A DNA stretch of 64,000 nt, taken from assembly GCA_963700145.1 (NCBI GenBank), contig OY969474.1, positions 992,001 through 1,056,000 of the forward strand. The letters are read 5' to 3'. Below are positions 19,008 to 28,571 of this stretch, piece by piece (the stretch's first letter is position 1; each line of letters starts with the position of its first letter). The position numbers and the translations under genes are program-made. The notes below the pieces were generated by a model, which searched no databases, was not told the DNA's origin, and saw only the letters and a list, made by a program, of their open reading frames with translations. The stretch comes from an uncultured Acidobacteriota bacterium (GTDB lineage: Bacteria > Acidobacteriota > Thermoanaerobaculia > Multivoradales > UBA5704).

Positions 19008-20465
19008 TCAGTCGCCGGCGGCGACGGTGGCGTCGAAGGCACCGGTGAGCACCTGACCGCCGCTCTTGGCCTGGACCCAGATGCGGTAGCGGCCGGGCTC
19101 CGGAAAGGCGTAGGGGAAGGACAGGTCGGACGGGAGGGGGCGCGGGGAGACGGCGGCAGGCGCTGCGGTGTGGCCGGCATGCGCCGAGGCGGACGCTCGC
19201 TCGCGGCGGGCGAAGAGCTGGAGCGAGGCCATGGAGACGGTACCGGAGGGGTGGAGATGGACGAACACCTCGCCGTCGTCGCGGGCGATGACGGCGTGTC
19301 CGGGCATGCCCATGTACGGCTCGAGGGGGAGGGGCCGGCCCGCCGCGTCCTGGAGCGCGAAGCCGAGGGCCGTCTCGCGACCGGCGGTGAGCCGCTCGTG
19401 GCCCCGTAACCAGAGCATCTCGGCGCCGCAGTCGAGCTGAGCGGTCCGGGCCGCGTGCCAGGAGTCGTCCGGATCGGAGGCCAGGCCGGGCTCGCCTCCG
19501 GCCGCGGGATCGGGCGGCGGCGGCAGGTCCACGCTGCCGACGAGGGTGTGCGCGAAGCCGGTCTCCTCGGTGACGTCGGCGAAAAGACGATAGCGGCCGG
19601 CGGTGAGGGGAGGCAGGACGGCCTCGAAGCTGCGGTCGTCGACCGGCGTCGGGTGGAGATGGGCGAAGCCGCCGCGGTCTCCCTCGCCGAGCAGGAAGAG
19701 GTGAACGAGCTTGCCGTGGTCGGGGACGAGCGGGGCGGTGCGCGCCCAGCGCTCGTCGGCGACCGCGAGCGTGAGCAGGCGCTGCGGGCCTTCGACGGCG
19801 GCGCGCGCGTCGAGCCGGAAGGTTTGGTAGAGGCCGGCGCGGTGCGCGGCGTCGGCGCGGTCCCACCAGCCCTTGCCGAGCGCGAGGACGAGGGTGAGGA
19901 CGGCGGCGGCCAGGACGCCGGCGCGGCGGCCGCGCCGGCGTTCCCGCGCCTCCGGCCCGGCTCCCGGAGCGAGGGCGCTCTCGCGCGCCGCGGCGGCGGT
20001 GACCGCGACCGCGCCGGCGAAGAGCAGCGCCGCGAGCGCCGCCAGCAGTGCGCCGCGCCAGCGGGGCATCGGGCTGCGCTCCATGACGACCGGCGCGACC
20101 GGCACCGCCGCCGTGCCGTGGCCGCGGTCGCCGTCCACCTCGACCTGGAGGTAGTACGAGCTCACGGTCATCAGCCAGAGGTCCGCCCGGTAGAGACCCA
20201 CCGCGCCGCGCACGGGCGCGGCTGGCTCGGCGCCGGGCGCGCCAGCGAGGCCGGCGTCCCAGCGCACCGGACGCACCGCCACGCGCCGCGCCCGCCCGGC
20301 CTCGACGCGCACCGCCACCTCCGCCACCCCCGGCACCACGGCCGGCGGCCGCACGGTGACACGCACCGGGTAGGCTCCCGCCGCGCCGCGGAAGAAGACG
20401 TCCGGGCTGCCCACGTGCCCCATCGTCGCCAGCGCGAGCACGGCGAGCAGGAGGAGCCGGCTCAT
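19008..20465 (-). CDS. Membrane-anchored protein with His-rich, putatively metal-binding motifs
   Basis: HVGSPD N-terminus; LVPDHGKLVHLF..FAHLHP and LEPYMGMPGH..FVHLHP repeats. Confidence 0.7.
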   Translation of the reverse strand: MSRLLLLAVLALATMGHVGSPDVFFRGAAGAYPVRVTVRPPAVVPGVAEVAVRVEAGRARRVAVRPVRWDAGLAGAPGAEPAAPVRGAVGLYRADLWLMTVSSYYLQVEVDGDRGHGTAAVPVAPVVMERSPMPRWRGALLAALAALLFAGAVAVTAAAARESALAPGAGPEARERRRGRRAGVLAAAVLTLVLALGKGWWDRADAAHRAGLYQTFRLDARAAVEGPQRLLTLAVADERWARTAPLVPDHGKLVHLFLLGEGDRGGFAHLHPTPVDDRSFEAVLPPLTAGRYRLFADVTEETGFAHTLVGSVDLPPPPDPAAGGEPGLASDPDDSWHAARTAQLDCGAEMLWLRGHERLTAGRETALGFALQDAAGRPLPLEPYMGMPGHAVIARDDGEVFVHLHPSGTVSMASLQLFARRERASASAHAGHTAAPAAVSPRPLPSDLSFPYAFPEPGRYRIWVQAKSGGQVLTGAFDATVAAGD

Positions 20466-21682
20466 CGCTGCACCCGCCGCAGCCAGCGTCCGAGGACGAG
20501 CCCGAGCCCCGCCGACGCGGTCGCCGCGAGGAAGGTCCAGGCGATCGCCTCAGGCGCCAGCGCGTCGGTCTCCCAGAACTGGTAGCGCCACGCCCCGAGC
20601 CGCGGGTGGACGCCTTCCACGGTGGCGGTGACGCCGAAGTACCACTCGTCCCCGGCGAAGACAGGGTTGCGGGCCCGCGGCGAGAGGAGGAAGGCGGCGA
20701 GAGGCCACTGGACCGCCGCGAAGGCCACCACGAACAGCGCGCCCAGGAGCGGTGCCGCCAGCAGCCCCTGCAGGCGCATCCGGAGACCGCGGCGGAGGGC
20801 GTCTCCGGCCGCCCGCCGCCGCGTCACGAGATCGACGGCAACCGCGGGCGCCAGCAGCAGGAGCGGAAAGATCCCGGGCCACATGTGGTCGACGCGGTTG
20901 AAGACCGGCGCCAGCCCCGGCTCGGCGGGGAAGAGCGGCAGGATCCAGAGCGTCGCCAGCGAGAGCGCGGTATAGACGGCGGCGACCGTCGTCGCCGCCC
21001 ACCGCCGGCCCGTCCGCGCCACCGCCACCAGGAGCCACGGGTAGGCGAGGGCCGAGGCGCGGTAGAAGGCGGCGCCGTGCTGGCGGTTGGGGTAGTTGGA
21101 CTCGAGCAGGAGGGTCGCCAGGAGGAGCGCGGTGACGCCGGCGACGGCGAGCAGGCCTCCCTCGAGCCACCGGCGCGCGCCCCCGGCCGCGCGGTTGGCG
21201 AGCGCCGCGGCCTGGAGGAGCGTGCCGAGGTGCACGACGACCATCCCCGTGGCGAGCACGCTGTGCGCCGGCGTGACGATGCCGACGTCGAGGCCGTAGG
21301 TGCCGTGCCACCAGGCGTCGAAAGGGGCCGCCGTCAGCATGGCGGCGGCGCCCCAGAGCGACACCCAGGCGCCGATCGGCGCGCGGAAGCCCCAGACCCG
21401 CACGGCGGCGGCGCGCTCGTGCGCCGCGCCGGCGAAGGTGGTGCGCGCCACGAGCCACGCCGCCGCGAGACCGGCGAGGAGGCTCCCCAGGTAGATCGTG
21501 ACGTGGGCCGGCGTCCAGAAGCTGTCGCGGCCGACGCTGGCGTGCCAAGAGATGTCCCAGAGGAGGCCGAGAGTGATGGCGCCGCAGCCGGCGGTCGCGG
21601 CCGCCAGCGCCGCCCGCCGTACGTCGACCCGCGCGTCGATCTCGTGGACTGCGACGAGCCTCTCGCCGGCCAGACTCGTCAC
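20462..21682 (-). CDS. Polytopic membrane protein with repeated WDxxWH motifs
   Basis: WDISWH..RDSFWTPAH and FDAWWH..TPAH; many TM helices; translationally coupled on both sides. Confidence 0.75.
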   Translation of the reverse strand: MTSLAGERLVAVHEIDARVDVRRAALAAATAGCGAITLGLLWDISWHASVGRDSFWTPAHVTIYLGSLLAGLAAAWLVARTTFAGAAHERAAAVRVWGFRAPIGAWVSLWGAAAMLTAAPFDAWWHGTYGLDVGIVTPAHSVLATGMVVVHLGTLLQAAALANRAAGGARRWLEGGLLAVAGVTALLLATLLLESNYPNRQHGAAFYRASALAYPWLLVAVARTGRRWAATTVAAVYTALSLATLWILPLFPAEPGLAPVFNRVDHMWPGIFPLLLLAPAVAVDLVTRRRAAGDALRRGLRMRLQGLLAAPLLGALFVVAFAAVQWPLAAFLLSPRARNPVFAGDEWYFGVTATVEGVHPRLGAWRYQFWETDALAPEAIAWTFLAATASAGLGLVLGRWLRRVQR

Positions 21683-24612
21683 GGCACAGGCTCGAGCAGC
21701 CGCCGCACCTCGCGCTCGAGGCCGTCGGCGGAGATCCCGCCGCTCACCACGCGCGCGATCGCGCCCGAGGCGTCGAGCACCACCGCCGCCGGCAGCGGCA
21801 CGGCGCCGTCGCCGAACGCGGCCTCGAGGAGGGGAGCCATCGCTTGCATGTCGGAGAGCCCCATGCGGTACTGGGGCCGGGTGCGTGCGATGAAGTCACG
21901 CGCGGCATTGGCATCGGGCTCGAAGGAGATTCCGACGACCTGCGCGTCGTCACCGAGCCGGCGCTGCAGCGCATCGAGCTCCGGCACCTCGGCCGCGCAA
22001 GGCAAGCACCAGGAAGCCCACAGGCTCACCACCGCCGGCCTGCCAGCGGAGAGCGTGAACGGCGTTCCTTCCGTGGTCCACGCACGCCAGACGGGACGTT
22101 GCGCGGCGGGCGTGCGGGCGGAGGCAGGCTCCGCCCCCAACCCTTCGGCGAACGCACGCAGCGCCGTCAGAGTCACCCGCCCTTCTCCCTCGACGATCCG
22201 TACCACGTTCCCCGCCGGCAGGTCGCGGAAGGTCTCGACGCTCCCTCCCGGCCAGCGCACCGTCAGCTCGTCCGCCCGCTGCGCGCCGCCCAGGCCGAAG
22301 TGCAGCGTCGCCTCCGACTGCGCCTGGAAGCCGCTCCCCGCCGAGCGCACCCGCACCTGCCGCAGGCCGCCGGCGGTGAGCCGCGCCACCGCCCCGACCG
22401 CGTCGCGGTTGCCGCGCGTCCCGACCAGCTCGACGCGGAGGGCGTTGCCGCGCCAGGCGGCGTCGTTGTGGAGGTAGGCGAGCTTCTGCCGCGCCACGCT
22501 CCGCACCACGAGGTCGAGGCCGCCGTCGCCGTCGAGGTCGCCGACGGCGACGCCGCGCCCCTCGAGGTCGAGGTCGATCCCGAGCGGGTAGCCGGCCTCG
22601 ACGAAGCGCCCGCCGCCGCCGTTGACGAAGAGGCAGTTGCGCTCGCGGGCGTTGAAGCTGAACCCCTTGAGCGCGCCGTCGCTCGCCAGGAGATCGAGGT
22701 CATCGGGCCCCAGGCGGGTCATCAGACGCGACACCGCCTCCTTCTTCTCCAGGGTCCTGCCGCTCGCTTCGGGCGTCAGCGCCAGGACCTGGCGCCAGTA
22801 GAGCGGTCAGGCATCGGCATCGCTGGTCCCCGCCCAGAAGCCGTTGGCGACGTGGAGGTCGAGCCGGCCATCGTTGTCGTAGTCGAGGAAGTTGCTCCCC
22901 CAGGCCCAGCCCGCGAGGTGCACGGCGGCGGTCGCGCCGCGCTCCTCGAAGCGGGTCTCGCCGGCGGCGTCGGGGCCGGCGTTGCGGTAGAGCGAGTTGC
23001 CGCGCGCGCTCCACAGCAGCTTCTGGCGCAGCACCGGATCGAGGTCGGGGACGAGCGGCACGAACTGGTTGCCGGTCTTCGAGTACATGTTGGCGACGTA
23101 GAGGTCGAGCCGGCCGTCGTTGTCGTAGTCGCCCCAGTCGGCGCCCATGCCGTTGGCGGGGTCGGCGACGCCGGCGCGCGCCGCCACCTCCTCGAAGCGC
23201 ACCTCGCCCGCGGCGTCGCGGCCGCGGTTGCGGAAGAGCTGGTCGTCGCCGAAGTCGTTGGCGACGAAGAGGTCGATCCGGCCGTCGTCGTCGTAGTCGG
23301 CCCAGGCCGAGGCGTAGGCCCAGCCCGCGCCGCGCACGCCGGTGCTCTCGCCGACCTCGGCGAAGCGGAAGCCGCCCAGGTTGCGGTAGAGGCGATTGCC
23401 GAAGCCGTCGCGCGCCTCGACGAAGTGATGGTAGGGGTGGAGCTTGGTGTCCTGGTAGTAGGTGACGAAGAGGTCAAGCAGGCCGTCGCCGTCGTAGTCG
23501 GCGGCGGAGGCGCCGCTCGCCGGCCCGACCGGCCCGAGCTCGCCGGGCAGGCGCGTGAAGCGCGTCGCGCCGCCGCGCGGGCCGTCGTTGCGGTAGAGGA
23601 CGTGCCCGCGCCGCGCGTGCTCGCCCTGGATCAACGTGTAAGCGGCATTGACGACGAAGAGGTCGAGGTCGCCGTCGTTGTCGAGGTCCACCCAGAGCGC
23701 CGCCTGGCCGTTGCCGGGATCGCCGACGCCGGCCGCCGCCGTCACGTCCACGAAGCCGCCGCGGCCGTCGTTGCGCAGCAGCGCGTTGGGGCCGGCGCGC
23801 ACGACGTAGAGGTCGGGCCGGCCGTCGCGGTCGTAGTCGCCGATGGCGACGCCGCCGTAGAGGATCTGGCCGTACGCGAAGTCGGTCGGGTCGTAGCCCT
23901 CGTCGCGCCAGTCGGCGGGGAGGCCGGCGCGCGCTGTCCGGTCGCTGAAGGCGGGGCCGGCGCTCTCGAAGCGCTCGCGCTCGCCCCAGACGAGGCGCGT
24001 CAGGCGCCAAGCGCCCTCGCCGTCCTCGGCCAGCTCGGCGGCGACGTCGCCCTTCTCGCCGACGCGGCTGCCGTCGGCGGTGACGCCGCCCAGCCAGAGG
24101 TGGAGGTCGACGGCGGCGCGCCGCGGGCCGTCGCCGCGCGGCGTCGCGAGCACCCGGTAGGGCTTGAAGAAGCAGCGCTCGACGCGCTGCCACGAGCCGG
24201 TCAGGAGCGCGAGGTCCGCCGCGAAGGCCGCCGGCCCGCCGAAGCAGCCGGCGTCGGCCGGCCGGAGGAGCGATCCGTGCGCGTGCGCGCCGGCGACGAC
24301 CGGCGTCTCGGCGCGCGGGAAGAGCCGCTGCACCCGCGCCTCGGGCGCGAGGTACGGGCGGACGGCGTCGACGTCGAACGCCGTCAGCACGCGGCAGACG
24401 CCGCCCATCGTCACTTCCTTGACCGCCGCCGCGATCGCCTCGACCTCGACCAGGTCGCGCTCGGGCTCGGCGATCGCGAGGGACGGCGGCGCGGCGGAGC
24501 AGGTATCCGCCGGCGGCGGCGACGGCGGGCTCGCGGCCGCGGCGGCGGACGCCGCGCCCGCGGCCGCGAGACAGAGCGGGGCGAGCGGCCGGAGCGCCGC
24601 GCGAAGCGTCAC
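21679..24612 (-). CDS. Exported FG-GAP (CRTAC1-like) + ASPIC/UnbV + TlpA thioredoxin protein; probable selenoprotein (in-frame TGA at 22807-22809)
   Basis: Track ORFs 22807..24909 and 21679..22734 share a frame and are separated only by one TGA. DYDxDGxxDL repeats continue on both sides; UnbV GNRDAVGA..LHFGLG; WASWCLPC. Confidence 0.82.
22779..22795 (-). promoter_or_regulatory. Bacterial SECIS-like hairpin
   Basis: mRNA UGA-CCGCUCUACUG-GCGCCAG-GUC-CUGGCGC: perfect 7-bp stem starting 11 nt after UGA with a G-led apical loop. Confidence 0.75.
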
Positions 24613-24654
24613 CTGAGCGCTGCCTCCTCGTCGCGCCGCATCGCCGCAGCCCGC

Positions 24655-24696
24655 ACGGTAGCCAAGCGCTCCGGCGCCAACTTCTCCCGGATTGCG
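24655..24696 (-). promoter_or_regulatory. Cluster box CGCAATCCGGGAGAAG, 20 nt, then -10-like TACCGT
   Basis: Minus-strand copy upstream of the UnbV operon. Confidence 0.75.
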
Positions 24697-24723
24697 CGGC
24701 TGCCGCCGCGCTGCCGCCCATCG

Positions 24724-24766
24724 CGCAATCTCGGATAAGCGCTCCTCCGGGCCGCCGCGATAGCAA
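24724..24766 (+). promoter_or_regulatory. Cluster box CGCAATCTCGGATAAG, 21 nt, then -10-like TAGCAA
   Basis: Plus-strand copy of a divergent pair. Confidence 0.7.
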
Positions 24767-24775
24767 AGCGTGCGG

Positions 24776-25765
24776 ATGACTTTCGGCGCAGCCGTACCCC
24801 ACGCCCGTCGAGCGGCACTCCGGGGCGCCGTCCTCCTCGCCGCGGCCTGCGCGGCGCCCGCGGCGCCCGCGGCAGGCGCGGGCGGCGAGCCGCGCGTCGT
24901 CGCCGTCACCAGGGTCCCGGCCGGCTTCGTCGGCCACCTCGCGTACGAGGCGGCGAGCGGCCGCCTCTGGCTCCTCTCCTTCGGGCCGCCGGCGAACCCG
25001 GCGGGCGCGAGCCGCCTGTACGAGCTCGACGCCGGAACCGGCGCCGTCCTCGCCGAGGCCGCGCTGCCGTTCGCCGGCTCGTTCGGCCCGCCGGCGGCGG
25101 TCGACGGTGACCTCTACGTCGGCATCTTCTGGGAGTCGCGGATCTACCGCCTCTCGACCGCTCGCCAGAGCTTCGGCGCCGTCGTGGCGACGCTGCCCGT
25201 CCCCGGCGTGGCGGAGCTCGGGATGGAGCGCGACGGCCGCTACCGCTATCCGTTCCTCGAGTTCAGCGGCCTCGCCGTGACGCCCGAGAAGCACCTCCTG
25301 CTCTACGCCAACCGCGCCGGCGAGCTGATCACGCTGGCGCGCGACGGCACCGTGGTGTCGCGGGTGCCGACCCTGCGCGGCCTCGGAGCGCTCGCGGGCG
25401 TGGCCGCGGACGGCCGTTTCCTCCTGCTCGCCAACCAGGACGCGGAGGACTTCGCGGTGCGGGAGAAGGTGGTCGGCTTCGACCTCCGTCCGGCGGTCGT
25501 GCCGGTCGCCACCAAGCGGTCGCGCTGGGGCTCGTTCGCCGCGCGCGCCGCGCCCAAGCAGGTGAGCTGGCTGCTCCTCGACGCCGCCGACGGTGCCGCT
25601 CTCGCCCGCGTCGACGATGCCGACTCGCCGGCCTTCGCCGCCGGCACGGCGATCGTGCGCCGCGAGGCGGTGGCGGGCGCGCCGTACGGGCGCCTCTCCT
25701 TCCTGGCGCTGGGAGCGGACGGGATCCTCACCCTCGAATGGACCCCGGGCGGAGGCCCGGGCTGA
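24776..25765 (+). CDS. Secreted putative beta-propeller protein, paralog C1
   Basis: Signal peptide; SGRLWLLSFGPPAN..LYELD..GAPYGR..LEWTPG shared with 25839 and 33102. Confidence 0.75.
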   Translation: MTFGAAVPHARRAALRGAVLLAAACAAPAAPAAGAGGEPRVVAVTRVPAGFVGHLAYEAASGRLWLLSFGPPANPAGASRLYELDAGTGAVLAEAALPFAGSFGPPAAVDGDLYVGIFWESRIYRLSTARQSFGAVVATLPVPGVAELGMERDGRYRYPFLEFSGLAVTPEKHLLLYANRAGELITLARDGTVVSRVPTLRGLGALAGVAADGRFLLLANQDAEDFAVREKVVGFDLRPAVVPVATKRSRWGSFAARAAPKQVSWLLLDAADGAALARVDDADSPAFAAGTAIVRREAVAGAPYGRLSFLALGADGILTLEWTPGGGPG

Positions 25766-25838
25766 TGCGCTCTTTCCATGGACTCGGCGGATGCACCGGC
25801 CAAGACCTGGGTCGCGGGACGACCCTAAGGAGGCAGAG

Positions 25839-26870
25839 ATGAAGAACAGCATGTCCAGATTCTGGCTGGTCTCGGCGTTGGCGGTCCTGGCGGCGTGCCT
25901 GGCGGCGGGTGCGGCGCCGGCGGACGAGCCGAGGGTGGCCGGCAAGGACCAGGGCTACGCCAAGGCACGTCCGGGACAGCCCGGGCACGAGCAGCACCGG
26001 GAGTGGGAGGGCCGGTACCCGACGCCGGCGACGCTCAACGACTTCAAGGTGGTCCGCGCCTTCGCGCCGCCGGAGGGCTTCATCGGCAACCTGACCTACG
26101 ACCGCCGGAGCGGCCGCCTGTTCCTCATCTCGCTCGGCCCGCCGACCAACACCGCCGGCCCCAGCACGCTGTACGAGCTCGACCCCGCCACCGGCAGGGT
26201 GCTGGCGCAGGCGACGATGCCGTTCAAGGGCGACTTCGGCCAGCCGGTGTTCCTCGACGGCCACCTCTACCAGGGGATCTTCCACGAGTCGAAGATGTAC
26301 AAGGTCCGCACCGACCGGGGCGCGGACTTCGGCCGCATCGTCAAGACGGTCCAGCTGCCGACGCTGAATGACCTCAAGCTCATCGAAGAGGCGCACTCGT
26401 TCCCGTTCATCGAGTTCGGCGGCGTCACCCTGACCCCCAACGGCAAGATCATGCTGCACGCCGACGACGTCGGCGAGTACATCACCATCGAGCCCGAGAC
26501 CGGCGCCATCGTCGAGCGCGCCCGGACGATCAAGGCGATGGGCGGCATCGCCGGCGTCGGCGACAGCGAGGGGCGCTTCCTGGTCGTCGCCAACTCCGAC
26601 CCGCGCGGCGGCTACTGTGCGCTCTCCTACCCGCCGCTGCTCTCGCGCAGCGCCGACCAGAAGGACATCAGTTGGGCGCTGACCGACGGCAAGACCGGCG
26701 ACGTCCTCGCCTCGCTGCGCACCCAGAACTCTCGCGCCTACGCGAGCACGATCGCCCTGGTCAGGCACGAGGAGCTCGCCGGCGCGCCGTACGGCCGGTT
26801 CACCCTGTTCGCCACCGGCGAGGAAGGGATCCTCGAAATCGAGTGGACCCCCGGCCGCGACGCCTACTAG
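25839..26870 (+). CDS. Secreted putative beta-propeller protein, paralog C2
   Basis: TAAGGAGG SD; signal peptide; SGRLFLISLGPPTN..LYELD..GAPYGR..IEWTPG. Confidence 0.8.
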   Translation: MKNSMSRFWLVSALAVLAACLAAGAAPADEPRVAGKDQGYAKARPGQPGHEQHREWEGRYPTPATLNDFKVVRAFAPPEGFIGNLTYDRRSGRLFLISLGPPTNTAGPSTLYELDPATGRVLAQATMPFKGDFGQPVFLDGHLYQGIFHESKMYKVRTDRGADFGRIVKTVQLPTLNDLKLIEEAHSFPFIEFGGVTLTPNGKIMLHADDVGEYITIEPETGAIVERARTIKAMGGIAGVGDSEGRFLVVANSDPRGGYCALSYPPLLSRSADQKDISWALTDGKTGDVLASLRTQNSRAYASTIALVRHEELAGAPYGRFTLFATGEEGILEIEWTPGRDAY

Positions 26871-26904
26871 CGGCCGGGAACGAGGAGCGAGGAGCACCGC
26901 CGCG

Positions 26905-28518
26905 ATGCGACGCACCACCACCGCCTGCCTGGCGGCGGCCGTCGTCGCGAGCCTGCCGCCGCTGATCGCCGCCGGCGCCGGGGAGCCGATCGGCCGCGAG
27001 GTCGCGGTGCCGCGGCACCTGGCCGACGGCGAGGAGCTCAGCGCGCCGCTGGCGGCGGTGCTCGAGCACGGGCGGCGGCTCTTCGCCGCCATGTGGACGT
27101 CGCAGGAAGGGGCCGGCCGGCCGCTCACCAAGGGCACCGGCGATCCGGTGAGCGACTCCGGCTCCCCCCTGGTCTTCCCGCGCAACTTCAACCGCGTCTC
27201 GGGGCCGGACGCCAACTCCTGCGCCGGCTGCCACAACGCTCCCTTCGGCATCACCGGCGGCAGCGGCGACGTCGCCACCAACGTCTTCGTCCTGGCGCAG
27301 CGCTTCGACGCGGCGGACTTCGACCGCAGCGACGCGACGCTGACGCGGGGCGCGCACGACGAGGCGGGGCAATCGGTCGGTCTCGCCACGGTCGGCAACA
27401 GCCGCAAGACCGTGGGTCTCTTCGGCAGCGGCTACCTCGAGCTGCTGGCGCGCGAGATCACCGCCGAGCTCAGGGCGATCCGCGACTCGATCCCTCCCGG
27501 CGGCGCGCGCCAGCTGGTCGCCAAGGGGATCTCGTTCGGCACCTTGCGCCGGGTGGTGGACGGGCGGTGGGACGTCTACGGGGTCGAGGGCCTGCCGGCC
27601 TCGAGCCTAGCCACCTGGGGACCGGACGAGCCGCCGAGCCTCGTCGTGCGTCCCTTCCACCAGGCGGGGGCGATCGCCTCGCTGCGCGAGTTCACCGTCA
27701 ACGCCCTGAACCACCACCACGGCATCCAGGCCGCGGAGCGCTTCGGACGGCGCCGCGACCCGGACGGCGACGGCTTCGTCGACGAGGCCACCCGCGCCGA
27801 CGTCACCGCGCTCACGCTCTTCCAGGCCGTCATGGCGGTCCCCGGCAGAGTCGTCCCGCGCGACCCCGCGATCGAGCAGGCGATCGCTCTCGGGGAGGCG
27901 CGCTTCGCCGAGATCGGCTGCGCCGGCTGTCACGTGCCGGCGCTGCCGCTCGCCGACGCGCGCTACGTCGAGCCCGGGCCGCACAACCCGGTGGGCACCC
28001 TGCGGCGCGGGCAGGCGCCGCCGCTGGCGGTGGACCTCAACAGCAAGGAGCTGCCCCCGCCGCGCCTCGGCGGGCGGGACGGGACCACGATGGTGCCGGC
28101 CTACACCGACTTCAAGCTGCACGACATCACGGCCGGGCCCGCGGACCCCAACCGCGAGCCGCTCGACATGATCCAGCCTGCCGGCACGAACGCCTTCTTC
28201 GCCGGCAACGCGAGCTTCGTCACCCGTCGCCTCTGGGGCATCGGCAACCAGGGGCCCTACTTCCACCACGGCAAGTTCACCACCCTGCGCGAGGCGGTGC
28301 TGGCGCACGCCGGCGAGGCGCAGGCGGCGACCGACGCCTTCCTCGCCCTGCCGGCGCGCGAGCGCGACTGCGTCATCGAGTTCCTGAAGTCGTTGCAGGT
28401 GCTGCCGCCGGGCAGCCGCTCGCTCGTCGTCGACGAGCGCGGGCGGCCGCGGCCGTGGCCCCGCCGCGACCCGGGCCCCGCAACCTCGGATAAGCAACCG
28501 CGCTCCGGACCGCGATAG
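26905..28518 (+). CDS. Di-heme oxidoreductase (DHOR / thiol oxidoreductase-like), exported
   Basis: NSCAGCH and GCAGCH; YTDFKLHD; LWGIG..PYFHHG..AVLAHAGEA..FLKSL. Confidence 0.85.
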   Translation: MRRTTTACLAAAVVASLPPLIAAGAGEPIGREVAVPRHLADGEELSAPLAAVLEHGRRLFAAMWTSQEGAGRPLTKGTGDPVSDSGSPLVFPRNFNRVSGPDANSCAGCHNAPFGITGGSGDVATNVFVLAQRFDAADFDRSDATLTRGAHDEAGQSVGLATVGNSRKTVGLFGSGYLELLAREITAELRAIRDSIPPGGARQLVAKGISFGTLRRVVDGRWDVYGVEGLPASSLATWGPDEPPSLVVRPFHQAGAIASLREFTVNALNHHHGIQAAERFGRRRDPDGDGFVDEATRADVTALTLFQAVMAVPGRVVPRDPAIEQAIALGEARFAEIGCAGCHVPALPLADARYVEPGPHNPVGTLRRGQAPPLAVDLNSKELPPPRLGGRDGTTMVPAYTDFKLHDITAGPADPNREPLDMIQPAGTNAFFAGNASFVTRRLWGIGNQGPYFHHGKFTTLREAVLAHAGEAQAATDAFLALPARERDCVIEFLKSLQVLPPGSRSLVVDERGRPRPWPRRDPGPATSDKQPRSGPR

Positions 28519-28521
28519 GAC
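28479..28521 (+). promoter_or_regulatory. Cluster box CGCAACCTCGGATAAG, 21 nt, then TAGGAC
   Basis: Copy upstream of the operon starting at 28572. Confidence 0.65.
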
Positions 28522-28571
28522 AAGGCCAGACCTGCCAGGTGAGCAAACCGGTCATCACCCCAAGGAGGTTG

